Shown in pieces: positions 21,387 through 31,083 of a stretch of 64,000 bases of DNA. The notes under the pieces are model-generated. The model did not search any database. It was not told the DNA's origin and saw only the letters and a list, made by a program, of their open reading frames with translations. Location: positions 158,725 to 222,724 of the forward strand of contig JBFHFF010000001.1 in the NCBI GenBank assembly GCA_041583775.1, in the 5' to 3' direction. Position numbers and translations under genes: made by a program. Source of the stretch: Candidatus Moraniibacteriota bacterium. GTDB lineage: Bacteria > Patescibacteriota > Minisyncoccia > Moranbacterales > DUUL01. Numbering within the stretch: position 1 is the first letter of the stretch; each line of letters opens with the position of its first letter.

Positions 21387-22187
21387 TCAACCAACGCTAT
21401 CTATATCAGCATAAATAGCATCAATAACTTCTTGCCTAGTTTTTCCACCCTTTGGCTCACGGATAGGTCTTCCGATAATGAAGCCTCTCACACCATTTTG
21501 ATAAGCTTCGCCTGGAGACATTGTCCTTTTTTGATCATCAGGTGGATCCCATGGCATCCTGATTCCTGGCGACCAGATTTCTTTATTCGGAAATTCTGCA
21601 TTGAGGCAACGAGCCTCCTGTGCTGAAGTCAATAATATATCCACACCCGCATTTACAGACATCTGCGCGAGTTTTATTGTAAACCAACGCATCTTTTCTG
21701 CATTGGAATCAAAAGTCATTCCAGGAGGAGGCTGTATCCCGGCTTTTTGAAGCTGTGGAATATCCATGCTGGTGAGATAATGAACGGAAATAATTCTGGG
21801 CGGTTTGATGCCAAGACTTTTAGCCTGTTCGTCCCTTCCTTGAACAGCTCTGGCCATCATTTTTTCCATACCAAGAGCCATCACATTAAAATAATCCATT
21901 CCATTCAATGCCTGCTTTGTTATACCTTTGGCGGCACCAAAAATTGTTTCTGGGATGTCGATCAACTTAACATCAGCAAAACATCTCATCCCGAAATCTT
22001 CCGCCACATTAATTGCCATAGGAAGTGTAACATTGTTAATGATTTCCAAACCAAACTTTGGCATTGTGATTGAGTGATGAACCTCCTCCATAAGAGAATA
22101 TGCTTCTCTCAGTGTTGGAACATCGACTGGGAAGATTATTTTTACATCATCGCGTGATTTATTTTTCGATCTTGATTCCATTTTCAA
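21387..22187 (-). CDS. pyrF: orotidine 5'-phosphate decarboxylase
   Basis: DVKLIDIPETIFGAAKGI (DxKxxDIPxT), PVDV near the N-terminus and C-terminal GFIIGRPI. GC content is clearly above the surrounding genome. Confidence 0.7.
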   Translation of the reverse strand: MKMESRSKNKSRDDVKIIFPVDVPTLREAYSLMEEVHHSITMPKFGLEIINNVTLPMAINVAEDFGMRCFADVKLIDIPETIFGAAKGITKQALNGMDYFNVMALGMEKMMARAVQGRDEQAKSLGIKPPRIISVHYLTSMDIPQLQKAGIQPPPGMTFDSNAEKMRWFTIKLAQMSVNAGVDILLTSAQEARCLNAEFPNKEIWSPGIRMPWDPPDDQKRTMSPGEAYQNGVRGFIIGRPIREPKGGKTRQEVIDAIYADIDSVG

Positions 22188-22218
22188 TCTCCTTCTAGTT
22201 TTGGTTGTGGAAAAAATC

Positions 22219-23016
22219 TTAATTTTTTACTTCACCCGTTATCCAAGTATGGAAATCTGGGGATTCTCTTTTCATTTTTGAAAGAAATTCTCCCCCATGA
22301 CCGATACTTGTGTTTATTTCCCTCCCTTTTTTACAAAAAGGACAATACTCTCTTGGGTCAGCCCCTTCTAGCACACTATAGTTCTTTGCTTCCACCGAGA
22401 TCAACGCATCAGTGTAGTCTGCTTTAAATTTTTCTCCCAAAACAAACAAACCAGGATTTTTATCACTTAAGCGGTCGCAAACAACGAAACACACCAATTC
22501 ACAAACACCAGAATTTCGGATAAACTCTCCGCAACGAACCAAACTTCCTCCGGTATTTATTACATCTTCCACTAGAATGATATTTTTTCCCCTAACTTTC
22601 TCCTTGGCATTCTTGTACCAAAAGAAACTACCATTTTCACCTTTTATCAGTTTGAGATTCAGAATCTCTCTTTCCGAAAAAAATGAATAGAAAAGCGCCA
22701 CTTGCGAAGCCAATATATCAGCTCCAAATGGCACTCCGACAATAACATCTGGTTCAAGTCTTGAGATGTGAATCTCATAGGCCATTCTCATTGCAACTGG
22801 GATTAATTCTGCAACATTAAGAGCTTTGATATTCACATAAATATCACCATGCCCTCCTTTTGTATAAACAAAGTGACCATCTCTGACAAAGACCTCTTTG
22901 CGTGTTAAATACTCCTCGATACCGCCTCGCTTCTGCTGAGCAACGATACACCTCCAGGCCAAATATCTTGTTGCAACTGAAAAAGCTCTCTCTAAAATTT
23001 CTCGTGGTTTTCGCAT
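22219..23016 (-). CDS. pyrE: type I phosphoribosyltransferase, probable orotate phosphoribosyltransferase with C-terminal CxxC extension
   Basis: PRPP-binding loop IILVEDVINTGGSL. Lies immediately upstream of pyrF and shares its elevated GC and Arg-rich codon usage. Confidence 0.5.
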   Translation of the reverse strand: MRKPREILERAFSVATRYLAWRCIVAQQKRGGIEEYLTRKEVFVRDGHFVYTKGGHGDIYVNIKALNVAELIPVAMRMAYEIHISRLEPDVIVGVPFGADILASQVALFYSFFSEREILNLKLIKGENGSFFWYKNAKEKVRGKNIILVEDVINTGGSLVRCGEFIRNSGVCELVCFVVCDRLSDKNPGLFVLGEKFKADYTDALISVEAKNYSVLEGADPREYCPFCKKGREINTSIGHGGEFLSKMKRESPDFHTWITGEVKN

Positions 23017-23239
23017 CTACAATCCTCCTAGATAAATTTTATAAAATCATTCTATTTATACAACTTCCACTAGAGAACATTTCTCTTTTATGCTTTTTAA
23101 AGATAAAGTTTTTGCTATAACCTCCTTCAGTTTTTGTGAAACTAAGAAAAAAACGAATCTTAATTAATTCGTTTCCAAATGTAAAAGAACTTTTTTTATT
23201 TCAGTACCAATCTAGCAGTTTGAATTTATATAGTCAATA

Positions 23240-23278
23240 AATTAACAGAAATAAATACACGCCCTTTAGCGTGTATTT
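23240..23278 (-). terminator. intrinsic terminator downstream of the 23301..24485 gene
   Basis: 10-bp stem aaatacacgc/gcgtgtattt. Confidence 0.45.
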
Positions 23279-23300
23279 ATAATAAGTAAGAAAAACGAAA

Positions 23301-24485
23301 TTATTTTTTTACAAAACTTTTATAAATCAAACTAGAAATAGCCCCCATACTGATTAACATAAAAACTGCATATAACAACCATCCAACAAAAGGTATGAAC
23401 CAGACAATTTTCAAAACGATTACACCAAATATCACTTCTTGCCAGCCAACAGAATATTCCTCTTTCTTTTTTAACACTTTCAACAGCAAACTTCCAAAAA
23501 CTATATTTGCTATTGCCGAGGATAACATTATCAACAAAACATATAAAATTGAGATTAACCCCGCAAGATAAACACCAACAATTGAGATGATTAAAATAAC
23601 TCCCACAACTGGGGTTAAAAACAAAACAGCAATTCCCATACCAACATTTGCCCCTACATTATTCAAGCCCTTCTTCACAATACTCTTTATAATGTTTTTG
23701 AAGAAATATACCAATGCCAAACCAACCACAATTCCAGTTGCTATTTTCAATAACAAAAAAGTAGCCAAGATGGCAAAAAATCCACTAACCACCGAAGATT
23801 TATCAATCGTTTTTATTGCTTTTTGATTAAAATTGATTGTTCCTGATATTTTAGCATCTCTATGAATCTCTGCTTTTTTTGAAGAAGTGTATTTTATGTT
23901 TTTTTCAATTTCAGCAAACTCACCTATTTTTAAAATATCAGCCGTAATCTTAACCTGTCCTCCTATTTTATTATTAATATTAACATCACCACCACCAATA
24001 AAAACACTCCCCTTAATTGGACCTTCTATATCAACCATTCCTCCAGCCACAACAAGATCACCCTCCACTTTTGCTGATTTTCCTATCAAGACATTTCCAC
24101 CGACTACAAACAAATCTTCCATTATTTCCCCTTGCACAATAACAGTTCCTCCTGCGATATGAACATTATTTCCAACATCGCCTTTTATGATAATTGTTCC
24201 ACCAACACCAGAAAAATTATTTTCAACATTACTCTCAACAGTGATCACATTTCCTGCTGTATATAAATCACTTTGAATTTCTCCATCAATGGAAATAACA
24301 TTACCTGCAGTATAAAGATTTTTTACAGTTTCATTTTTATTGACATTGACATTTTGACCCTCAGGAGCAAATCTAAACTCAGCAGCTAATGCAAACAAAG
24401 TGCTTAGTGAAAATAAAACAATCATACTAAGGAATAAAAAAACAATTTTTTTTGATTTCATAATTTTAAATTTAAAAATTATCAC
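23301..24485 (-). CDS. secreted/membrane protein with bactofilin-like (DUF583-type) beta-helical repeats and C-terminal TM bundle
   Basis: Signal peptide. Repeated G-x-V/I-x-I-x-G motifs (GNVITVESNV...GGTIIIKGDVGNNVHIAGGTVIVQGEI...). Four or five C-terminal TM helices. Confidence 0.5.
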   Translation of the reverse strand: MIIFKFKIMKSKKIVFLFLSMIVLFSLSTLFALAAEFRFAPEGQNVNVNKNETVKNLYTAGNVISIDGEIQSDLYTAGNVITVESNVENNFSGVGGTIIIKGDVGNNVHIAGGTVIVQGEIMEDLFVVGGNVLIGKSAKVEGDLVVAGGMVDIEGPIKGSVFIGGGDVNINNKIGGQVKITADILKIGEFAEIEKNIKYTSSKKAEIHRDAKISGTINFNQKAIKTIDKSSVVSGFFAILATFLLLKIATGIVVGLALVYFFKNIIKSIVKKGLNNVGANVGMGIAVLFLTPVVGVILIISIVGVYLAGLISILYVLLIMLSSAIANIVFGSLLLKVLKKKEEYSVGWQEVIFGVIVLKIVWFIPFVGWLLYAVFMLISMGAISSLIYKSFVKK

Positions 24486-24677
24486 TCCCCTTTTTTGGTT
24501 TAAAGGATAAATATGATTAAAATTACCTTTAGGTTGATGATTGTTTTAATTGTTATGGTTTAATTTTAGCATAAAATAAAAATGATTGTAATTGTTGTAA
24601 TAATTTCTCATAAAACAATAAAAAGGCCGTTTCCCATTCGGGGCGTGCCTTGTTAAAAATGTTTCTGGTACTTATCA

Positions 24678-25382
24678 TCATATCATAATTATGAGATAAG
24701 TATTCCATTGATATCCTAAATCATATCGCTCTGACTTCTTTGCTATACGATATCCATTGTTTGCTATCAAGAGTTCCATTTTGCGAAAATCATTAGCTAC
24801 ATCTGCTTCTTCAGCACTTTGCAGATTGGCATGTGTGAATAATATTTCACCTTTTTCTTTAAGATATCTCTTGCCCTCGACAAACAAACGTTCATGCAAA
24901 ATCCAACCCGGATCATATAGTGCATTAGTAACATCGTCCTTAATCACCGGTTGAAAATCTACAATAGGCAGGTTGGCAATAATTAAGTCATACTTACATT
25001 TTGGCAATCCAGAAAATAAATCACCCTTATACACATTGATCTTGTTTTTCAAACCATTAAGCTCAATATTATGTTCTGCACAAGAACAAGCATTGGCGCT
25101 TATGTCACTTGCATCTACATGCGTTGCACCACTTAGTATGGCCATAATCGACTCAATACCAGTGCCACAACCTATGTCCGCAACTAATTTGCCAATCAAA
25201 TCACCCAACTCTTCAAAAAGACACCTTGAACTAACACTACTACTCGCCTGAGGAGGAAAAACATTTCTAAAAACATCTATCATAACAACCCTACCTCCTA
25301 TGTTAAATTCGACATGTCTTATGTCAGATTGCTGTCTTATCTCCTTAATAAATCGCTGGGTAATTCTCGGATTTATTTTCAT
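24678..25382 (-). CDS. class I SAM-dependent methyltransferase (HemK/MTS-like small-domain type)
   Basis: Motif I VADIGCGTGIESI and motif IV-like DLIIANLPI. GC is slightly elevated. Confidence 0.55.
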   Translation of the reverse strand: MKINPRITQRFIKEIRQQSDIRHVEFNIGGRVVMIDVFRNVFPPQASSSVSSRCLFEELGDLIGKLVADIGCGTGIESIMAILSGATHVDASDISANACSCAEHNIELNGLKNKINVYKGDLFSGLPKCKYDLIIANLPIVDFQPVIKDDVTNALYDPGWILHERLFVEGKRYLKEKGEILFTHANLQSAEEADVANDFRKMELLIANNGYRIAKKSERYDLGYQWNTYLIIMI

Positions 25383-25576
25383 AACAATAACCCTCCTATT
25401 GAATTGTTAAGATACAATGGACATCGCATATTTCTATGGCTTATCCATAACAAATAATCATACACCAAAACAAATATACGCCCACATTATGCGTCAATAT
25501 ATCATAAATAAATGCCTTATATTAGACTAATTTAATTAACATATTCCTAATTATTTAGTTTATGTGACGAAATCCA

Positions 25577-25605
25577 TTGACACTTTTTACTAAATATACT
25601 AATAT
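25577..25605 (+). promoter_or_regulatory. sigma70-type promoter TTGACA-N17-TAATAT for the TrmB-like gene
   Basis: Read directly from the sequence. The ATG follows about 7 nt after the -10, so the mRNA is near-leaderless. Confidence 0.45.
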
Positions 25606-25611
25606 TTCCTT

Positions 25612-26373
25612 ATGGATAATTTCAAAGAAAATTTAAATGCTCTAGGGCTAAAAGAAAAAGAAATAGATGTTTATTTGGCCGTTTTGAAGTTGAGCAAAGG
25701 TACCATTACTGAGATTTCACGCAAAACTAGCATAAAAAGAACCACTGTTTATGAATATATTGAGTGTCTGCTAAACAAAAGGATGTTGTATAAAACAGCA
25801 GAAAAAAAAAGGATTTTTTATTGTGCGGAAAATCCTAAAAAGTTGACTAGAATTTTAGATCAAGAAAAAAAAGTACTTGAGCTTAAAAGAAAAACTATAG
25901 AAAATATCATCCCTGGGTTAGAATCATTATTTCTTTCCTCCTTTAAAAAACCTGGCATTAGTTTTTATGAAGGCAAAGATGGAATCAAAGAAGTTTATAG
26001 ACAAATTTTCAACACTCATAAAAACATCCATTCCATATTTTCACCAGAAAATTTTTTTAAATTATTCTCAACCAAAGAAAATCACGATTTGTTAATGTCA
26101 CTATATAATAACGGCGGAATGCTCTATAGTCTAATAGAGAAAATCGATAGCCCTATTGAGGCTCTGAACAATGAGACTTATAAAAAGTTTATTAAAAGAA
26201 AATTCTTGCCGAAAGGATTTAAACATGAGACAGACCTTTTGGTAGTTGATGACACTGTGGCATTTATATCATTTGAAAATATGATTGGGATAATAATCAA
26301 AGACAAGGCCATTTCTCAGTTACAAAGGAGTTTTTTAAGTTTGATTTGGAAAAATTTTGGCTCAAAGGTTTAA
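25612..26373 (+). CDS. TrmB-family transcriptional regulator
   Basis: N-terminal wHTH LGLKEKEIDVYLAVLKLSKGTITEISRKTSIKRTTVYEYIECLLNKRML plus a C-terminal TrmB-type domain. Confidence 0.7.
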   Translation: MDNFKENLNALGLKEKEIDVYLAVLKLSKGTITEISRKTSIKRTTVYEYIECLLNKRMLYKTAEKKRIFYCAENPKKLTRILDQEKKVLELKRKTIENIIPGLESLFLSSFKKPGISFYEGKDGIKEVYRQIFNTHKNIHSIFSPENFFKLFSTKENHDLLMSLYNNGGMLYSLIEKIDSPIEALNNETYKKFIKRKFLPKGFKHETDLLVVDDTVAFISFENMIGIIIKDKAISQLQRSFLSLIWKNFGSKV

Positions 26374-26704
26374 AATTGTTACGGTGCATATGCAAGTGCT
26401 ATATATCGCACTGATCCGAATTTGCTTGCCCATACTGGCTCAGACAGGTAACTCAAACTTTTTCTTTTAAAATACAAAAATCAAACAGCGTAATTCTTGT
26501 TATTTTGTAATCAAGTTTTAATTTTATTCTTTAATATATTTGTAGCCTGATTTTTTAATTCGGTGCCGTGACTCAGTTCTTTTTATTTTTTTATTATTTA
26601 GCTTAATAATTTCCTGACTTCTCGGGAATGACATAAAAAAAGAAATTTCCGCTAGTTGGGGGATCATTGCTACCTGTTCTATTCCCCTACAAACTAATAA
26701 AAAA

Positions 26705-26740
26705 GAAAAAAGACGCTTCCGAAGAAGTGTCTTTTTTTCT
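26705..26740. terminator. bidirectional intrinsic terminator abutting tRNA-Glu
   Basis: agacgcttc-cgaa-gaagtgtct 9-bp stem, T7 on the plus side and an A-run on the other side. Confidence 0.55.
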
Positions 26741-26743
26741 GTG

Positions 26744-26815
26744 TAGCCCGTAGGGGAATCGAACCCCTGTTACCAGGATGAAAACCTGACGTCCTAACCA
26801 CTAGACGAACGGGCC
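26744..26815 (-). tRNA. tRNA-Glu (anticodon TTC)
   Basis: The reverse complement GGCCCGTTCGTCTAGTGGTTAGGACGTCAGGTTTTCATCCTGGTAACAGGGGTTCGATTCCCCTACGGGCTA folds as a cloverleaf with anticodon loop TTTTCAT. CCA is not encoded. Confidence 0.85.
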
Positions 26816-26995
26816 AAAACATATTGTTCGCTACAAGAAAGACTCTATCATATTTTTTCCGACTTGACAAGTCTTTTCGGAACTGTAAAATAAAAAATGT
26901 TTGATAAAAAAGAATTGCTCAGAAAAGCCTAGTAAATAAAATGAACGGCTGCCTCAGAGAATCGCTTATGGGGTCCTAATTATTCAAATTAATGA

Positions 26996-27826
26996 ATGAA
27001 ACGATGTGCAGAATTAACTGCTAAATCGGTTAGCTTTTTTAGAAAAGCTATTATCCAAAGAAAAAGGGGTCTCAAAATAATATCAATCGGAACCACATTT
27101 CTTGTTTGTGGCTTTTTTTATTTGTGCCTAGCACATAATAAAAACCTTGATAAACCTAATTTCTTGCAAAAACCAAAAAATCTTTTTGAAAAGATGTCAG
27201 AAAAAACAATACCTTCTGTTTATGCGAAAAACAAAACAACAGAAATAAAGATTACCTCGGTTTGCAATCCTGAATTTATAGCAAAAAACAGCAGAGAATC
27301 TCAAATAAATTTCATTCCATCTTTTTGTGAAAACAAACTTTTTGACTCAACAGAAGAAACAATCTTAGAAACTTTATTGACCGAAAAAGAAGAGGCACAT
27401 GAAGCTCTAAGAAAAGAACTCTCGAATATACTGACTGATACTCCAATGGAAGAAATGATTGATCCAATTCTTAAACAAGAAAAAACAGTGGCAGCTTTTC
27501 TTGTGGGAATTGCTTTTAAAGAAAGTAAATTTGGAGTCTATTCTCCAAAGAAAAATGGCAAAAACTGCTATAATTATTGGGGTTTCAAAGGAAAAACAAA
27601 TCCTACCAGTGGAGGATATAGTTGTTTTTCAAACCCAGAAGAAGCTATCACAGTTGTTGGCAAAAGACTTTCAAAACTATCTATAGAAGCTGGGCGAACA
27701 AAACCATCTCAAATGACAGTTTGGAAATGCGGCTCATCTTGTGCAACCCATTCGCCTCAAAGCGTCCAAAAATGGATAGCTGATGTCTCAATTTTCTACA
27801 ACAAAATTGAATATTTGAAAATTTAG
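26996..27826 (+). CDS. membrane-anchored cysteine-rich lysozyme-like protein, paralog B
   Basis: TM anchor. C-domain PMEEMIDPIL...VAAFLVGIAFKESKFG...GKNCYNYWGFKG...GGYSCF...WKCGSSCATH. Confidence 0.6.
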   Translation: MKRCAELTAKSVSFFRKAIIQRKRGLKIISIGTTFLVCGFFYLCLAHNKNLDKPNFLQKPKNLFEKMSEKTIPSVYAKNKTTEIKITSVCNPEFIAKNSRESQINFIPSFCENKLFDSTEETILETLLTEKEEAHEALRKELSNILTDTPMEEMIDPILKQEKTVAAFLVGIAFKESKFGVYSPKKNGKNCYNYWGFKGKTNPTSGGYSCFSNPEEAITVVGKRLSKLSIEAGRTKPSQMTVWKCGSSCATHSPQSVQKWIADVSIFYNKIEYLKI

Positions 27827-27958
27827 AACACTAAAATTATAATTTGACAATATTGACACTTCTCTTGAATCATCTAGAATAAAAATAAGTTATTCAGAGC
27901 ATGTCTTGTCTGGTGTTTTATTTGTTTTTTTGCAGTATAAAGCACCAAAAAACGAAAA

Positions 27959-29089
27959 ATGAAAATAAAAAAAACTCTATATTGCATTACCGACAAATAT
28001 AATAAACCGGATTTTCGATTTCTATTTGATGATCCAAAGAGGGCCCAAAAAAAGGTTAGGCAATTGAAAAGCTCCATTTCTGGAGAAACAATCTTCTTGT
28101 CCAAATTCAAGAGAGATTTTTTTGTTGATGGAGTTAACAAAAAATGCATTAGTGATACCAAAAAAATTGCAATAAAAAAAGGCTGTTGGACTGCACTTGA
28201 AATTAAAAAAGTAAATTTGATTGATGAAATTGCTCCAGAGAATCATTTCAAGAGAATTGACATAGCGCCAGAAAATCAACTGTCTTATTCAAAAAAATAT
28301 GTTCATGATATACCTTTTTTCAACACAACATTAAAGACTCCTTTGGAGTGCGAAATAGACCCAAAAGAGACACCTGTTTCTTTTTGGGGATTTGATTGGC
28401 GAAGATCATTCTTGCATACCAAAACCTTCGCAACAGGAATGGCAATACTTCTCGTGATGACAACTGCTAGTGTATTTTCAATAAATTACAAAGGAAATAA
28501 CGCTATTGCTGAAGAATTGGCAGACATACACACAGCAAGCGCAGAAAAAACAGTCAAAGCACAATCAATTGTTTTGGGGGCAAAAGACGAAAAAATTGCG
28601 AAACAATTCGACGAGGAATTAGATAATTTTGTTCTTGATGCATTAAAAAAATTCGATAACATAAAAACAGAAGAGCTAGAAACAGAAATTAGAGAAATCT
28701 TAAATGGAACACCAATGGAAGAAATGGCTCCAATAATAGCAAAAAAAGATCGCACTGTTGCAGCATTTCTGGTAGGAATTGCAATGAAAGAGAGTGGTTT
28801 TGGAAAACATGTTCCAGTTCTAAATGGAAAAAATTGTTATAATTACTGGGGTTACCGTGGAATAAGAGCTAATATGGGAACTGACGGACATACTTGTTTT
28901 AATAGCCCTCAAGATGCAGTTGATACTGTAGGCGGAAGACTCGAGAGACTTGTAAAAACAGATGTAGACACTCCTGAAGAGATGGTTCTGTGGAAATGTG
29001 GCTCTGCTTGTAGCAAAGACGCCAATGCAGGCAAATGGATACAAGATGTAAATATCAACTTCAGTAAAATTATGAATGAAGAGGTTTGA
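27959..29089 (+). CDS. membrane-anchored cysteine-rich lysozyme-like protein, paralog C (extra N-terminal cytoplasmic region)
   Basis: Central TM. C-domain PMEEMAPIIA...VAAFLVGIAMKESGFG...GKNCYNYWGYRG...DGHTCF...WKCGSACSKD. Confidence 0.6.
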   Translation: MKIKKTLYCITDKYNKPDFRFLFDDPKRAQKKVRQLKSSISGETIFLSKFKRDFFVDGVNKKCISDTKKIAIKKGCWTALEIKKVNLIDEIAPENHFKRIDIAPENQLSYSKKYVHDIPFFNTTLKTPLECEIDPKETPVSFWGFDWRRSFLHTKTFATGMAILLVMTTASVFSINYKGNNAIAEELADIHTASAEKTVKAQSIVLGAKDEKIAKQFDEELDNFVLDALKKFDNIKTEELETEIREILNGTPMEEMAPIIAKKDRTVAAFLVGIAMKESGFGKHVPVLNGKNCYNYWGYRGIRANMGTDGHTCFNSPQDAVDTVGGRLERLVKTDVDTPEEMVLWKCGSACSKDANAGKWIQDVNINFSKIMNEEV

Positions 29090-29109
29090 ATAGAATTCTT
29101 AAACAGAAG

Positions 29110-29138
29110 AAAACCGAGATTTAACTCTCGGTTTTTTG
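29110..29138 (+). terminator. intrinsic terminator after paralog C
   Basis: accgaga-tttaac-tctcggt followed by TTTTTT. Confidence 0.6.
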
Positions 29139-29139
29139 T

Positions 29140-29182
29140 TTATTAAAAAACAACCCCCCGCTTCCTGTTAGAAATGGGGGGA
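29140..29182 (-). terminator. intrinsic terminator for the 29190..29789 gene
   Basis: cccccc...gggggg stem followed on the minus strand by a T-run. Confidence 0.45.
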
Positions 29183-29189
29183 TAAAAAA

Positions 29190-29789
29190 CTATATTCTTT
29201 TTGCCGTCTTTCTCGACGGAAGAATATAGCCCACCAGACGGATGACCTCCTCTGGATCCTTGAATTCGAAATGATACTTCGAAGAGACTTTTGCCATTCG
29301 AACGACATCTTTCTCCCGAATGGCTAAGCCCAGTTCTTTATCTATTTTAATTAACCTCAAGAATGTATTGGTCTCTAGCAAGAGGTTATTTTTCCAAATC
29401 GACATACTACTAAAATCTTCTGGTTTCGAACAAACCGCCAGAAGACTTTTTGTTAGATCTGGAAAATTAGCGTCTCTCAGCATTAGCTTAAGGCCAAGAG
29501 AAACTTTTGAATATTTTTTTTTGCGGAGGGGCAAATCCGCTGGTTTTTCTTCATACCCCTTTTTCAATAAGAAGACTACCTCCTCATACTGAGGATGTTT
29601 CTTCAAATAAGCTACCCCTTTTTCTTTTAGGTTATTATAAAGATTAACCTCCTTCTCTCTTGCGTTGAAAGAAAGATAGAAAAACATTGATAACCCAAGT
29701 AACAAAGCAAAAATAACCAAAAAAGTCAGAGGTCTTTCTTTAATATCCATTCCATCCATCTCCTTTTTAAAAAAACTGTCTTTTACCAT
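29190..29789 (-). CDS. signal-anchored hypothetical protein
   Basis: 199 aa with an N-terminal TM. No family recognised. Confidence 0.45.
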   Translation of the reverse strand: MVKDSFFKKEMDGMDIKERPLTFLVIFALLLGLSMFFYLSFNAREKEVNLYNNLKEKGVAYLKKHPQYEEVVFLLKKGYEEKPADLPLRKKKYSKVSLGLKLMLRDANFPDLTKSLLAVCSKPEDFSSMSIWKNNLLLETNTFLRLIKIDKELGLAIREKDVVRMAKVSSKYHFEFKDPEEVIRLVGYILPSRKTAKRI

Positions 29790-29976
29790 CCAATACCATC
29801 CAGCATCGGAAAGGTTGTTTAATAACTCAATGTACTATTTTAATTATACATCTTTATTAAGTTTTTGTCAAGAAAAATATACTAAATTTCAGCTTTTGTC
29901 GCATTTCAAAACAAACAAAAACCCCACAACTGTAGGGTTTTTGTTTGTTCCTTTATTTTTGTTTTTGTTTCTTTTT

Positions 29977-31044
29977 TTATTTTTGTTTTCCCTCCCTTTG
30001 GGTGATCACTTTCTTTGCTGCTTTGATCATATCTTCATTTTGCCTTTGTTCTTTTAACATATACCACCACTCTACTCCCCAGACATAAGTTTCTTTAAAC
30101 TTTGTCTTTCGAGCGAAATCTGCAATTTCAACCAGCTTTTCAGGACTCATAGACTTATATTGCTCTTCAATTGGCATCGTTTTTATCCATCCCGGACCCC
30201 AAGGCTCTCCTTGCAATTCAGAAATCACAATATCTTCAGATTTAACATATTTATCAATCAATTTAGCTTTCACTCTGAAAAAATTTGGACCAATCGGATA
30301 ATGTACATATCCATCATACCATTTTGAATCCTTATAGATAATCCGATACATCGTGGTTCCAAACACATCAGCCCTACTAGCCGCCTCCCTCCAAAGACTA
30401 AGCTCTCCACTATCAGTTGTCATTATTTTTCTCGTCTTATCCATTTTTTTCACCTGAGCTATCTCTCTTTCCACAATTTGACCATCTAGTGCTCCTTCTA
30501 TGCAATGTCCAAATGGCAAAAATGGCTCATTTTCAACTTGCCACATCTCAATTATTTTACGGTCTTTATATCTGTTCACCAAAGCCTCTTCAAATTTCAA
30601 AACTGCATCTTCTCGCAGAACTTTTTTCGAAAGAGGTTTGTCATTTTCTCCCTCAGCATACATTTCTGGAATAAAACACTCTGGCCAACGAGGAACTTTA
30701 ATTCCCATCGCAAGAACTAAACTTGTCCCATATTTTTCAGCTTCGTCTATTTGGAAATCAAGATTTGAAAAATCATAAATTCCTGGCTCTTTTTCAATCT
30801 CTGACCAATAACCAGCTATTCTCATTTTTTTAGGTTGAAGATCGGTTAAAATCTCAACATATGTTTTTTTCCAATCCAACTCAAGCGCTGTTGCTTGCAC
30901 ATCAGAAAAAGAAACTCCAAACTCCATATCTTCATTCTTGCTCTGAACTGGCCAATTAAAAATAATCAGCACAATAGCTGCTAAAATAAAAAGTAAATAG
31001 AAAACCTTCAATAAAACTTTTAAAATCAACCTTAGAATCAACAT
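29977..31044 (-). CDS. membrane-anchored glycoside hydrolase, clan GH-A TIM-barrel (GH5/GH113-like)
   Basis: N-terminal TM. Acid/base motif WQVENEP and candidate nucleophile ISELQGEPW. Confidence 0.55.
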   Translation of the reverse strand: MLILRLILKVLLKVFYLLFILAAIVLIIFNWPVQSKNEDMEFGVSFSDVQATALELDWKKTYVEILTDLQPKKMRIAGYWSEIEKEPGIYDFSNLDFQIDEAEKYGTSLVLAMGIKVPRWPECFIPEMYAEGENDKPLSKKVLREDAVLKFEEALVNRYKDRKIIEMWQVENEPFLPFGHCIEGALDGQIVEREIAQVKKMDKTRKIMTTDSGELSLWREAASRADVFGTTMYRIIYKDSKWYDGYVHYPIGPNFFRVKAKLIDKYVKSEDIVISELQGEPWGPGWIKTMPIEEQYKSMSPEKLVEIADFARKTKFKETYVWGVEWWYMLKEQRQNEDMIKAAKKVITQREGKQK

Positions 31045-31083
31045 TTTTAATTTTTAATTTTTATAATAAATTCAGAAAACTAA

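Noticed and set aside
27959-28438. Possibility that paralog C really starts at the internal Met (MAILLV...), giving a protein like paralogs A and B
   Set aside because: A 480-nt stop-free extension in about 30% GC DNA is unlikely to be chance, so the long form was kept. Flagged as uncertain.
29940-29995. T/G-rich low-complexity run (ttgtttt-like units); checked as possible CRISPR or satellite repeat
   Set aside because: The units are irregular and shorter than 10 nt, with no spacers. Part of it is simply the Lys-rich C-terminal coding sequence of the GH gene plus the U-tract of its terminator.
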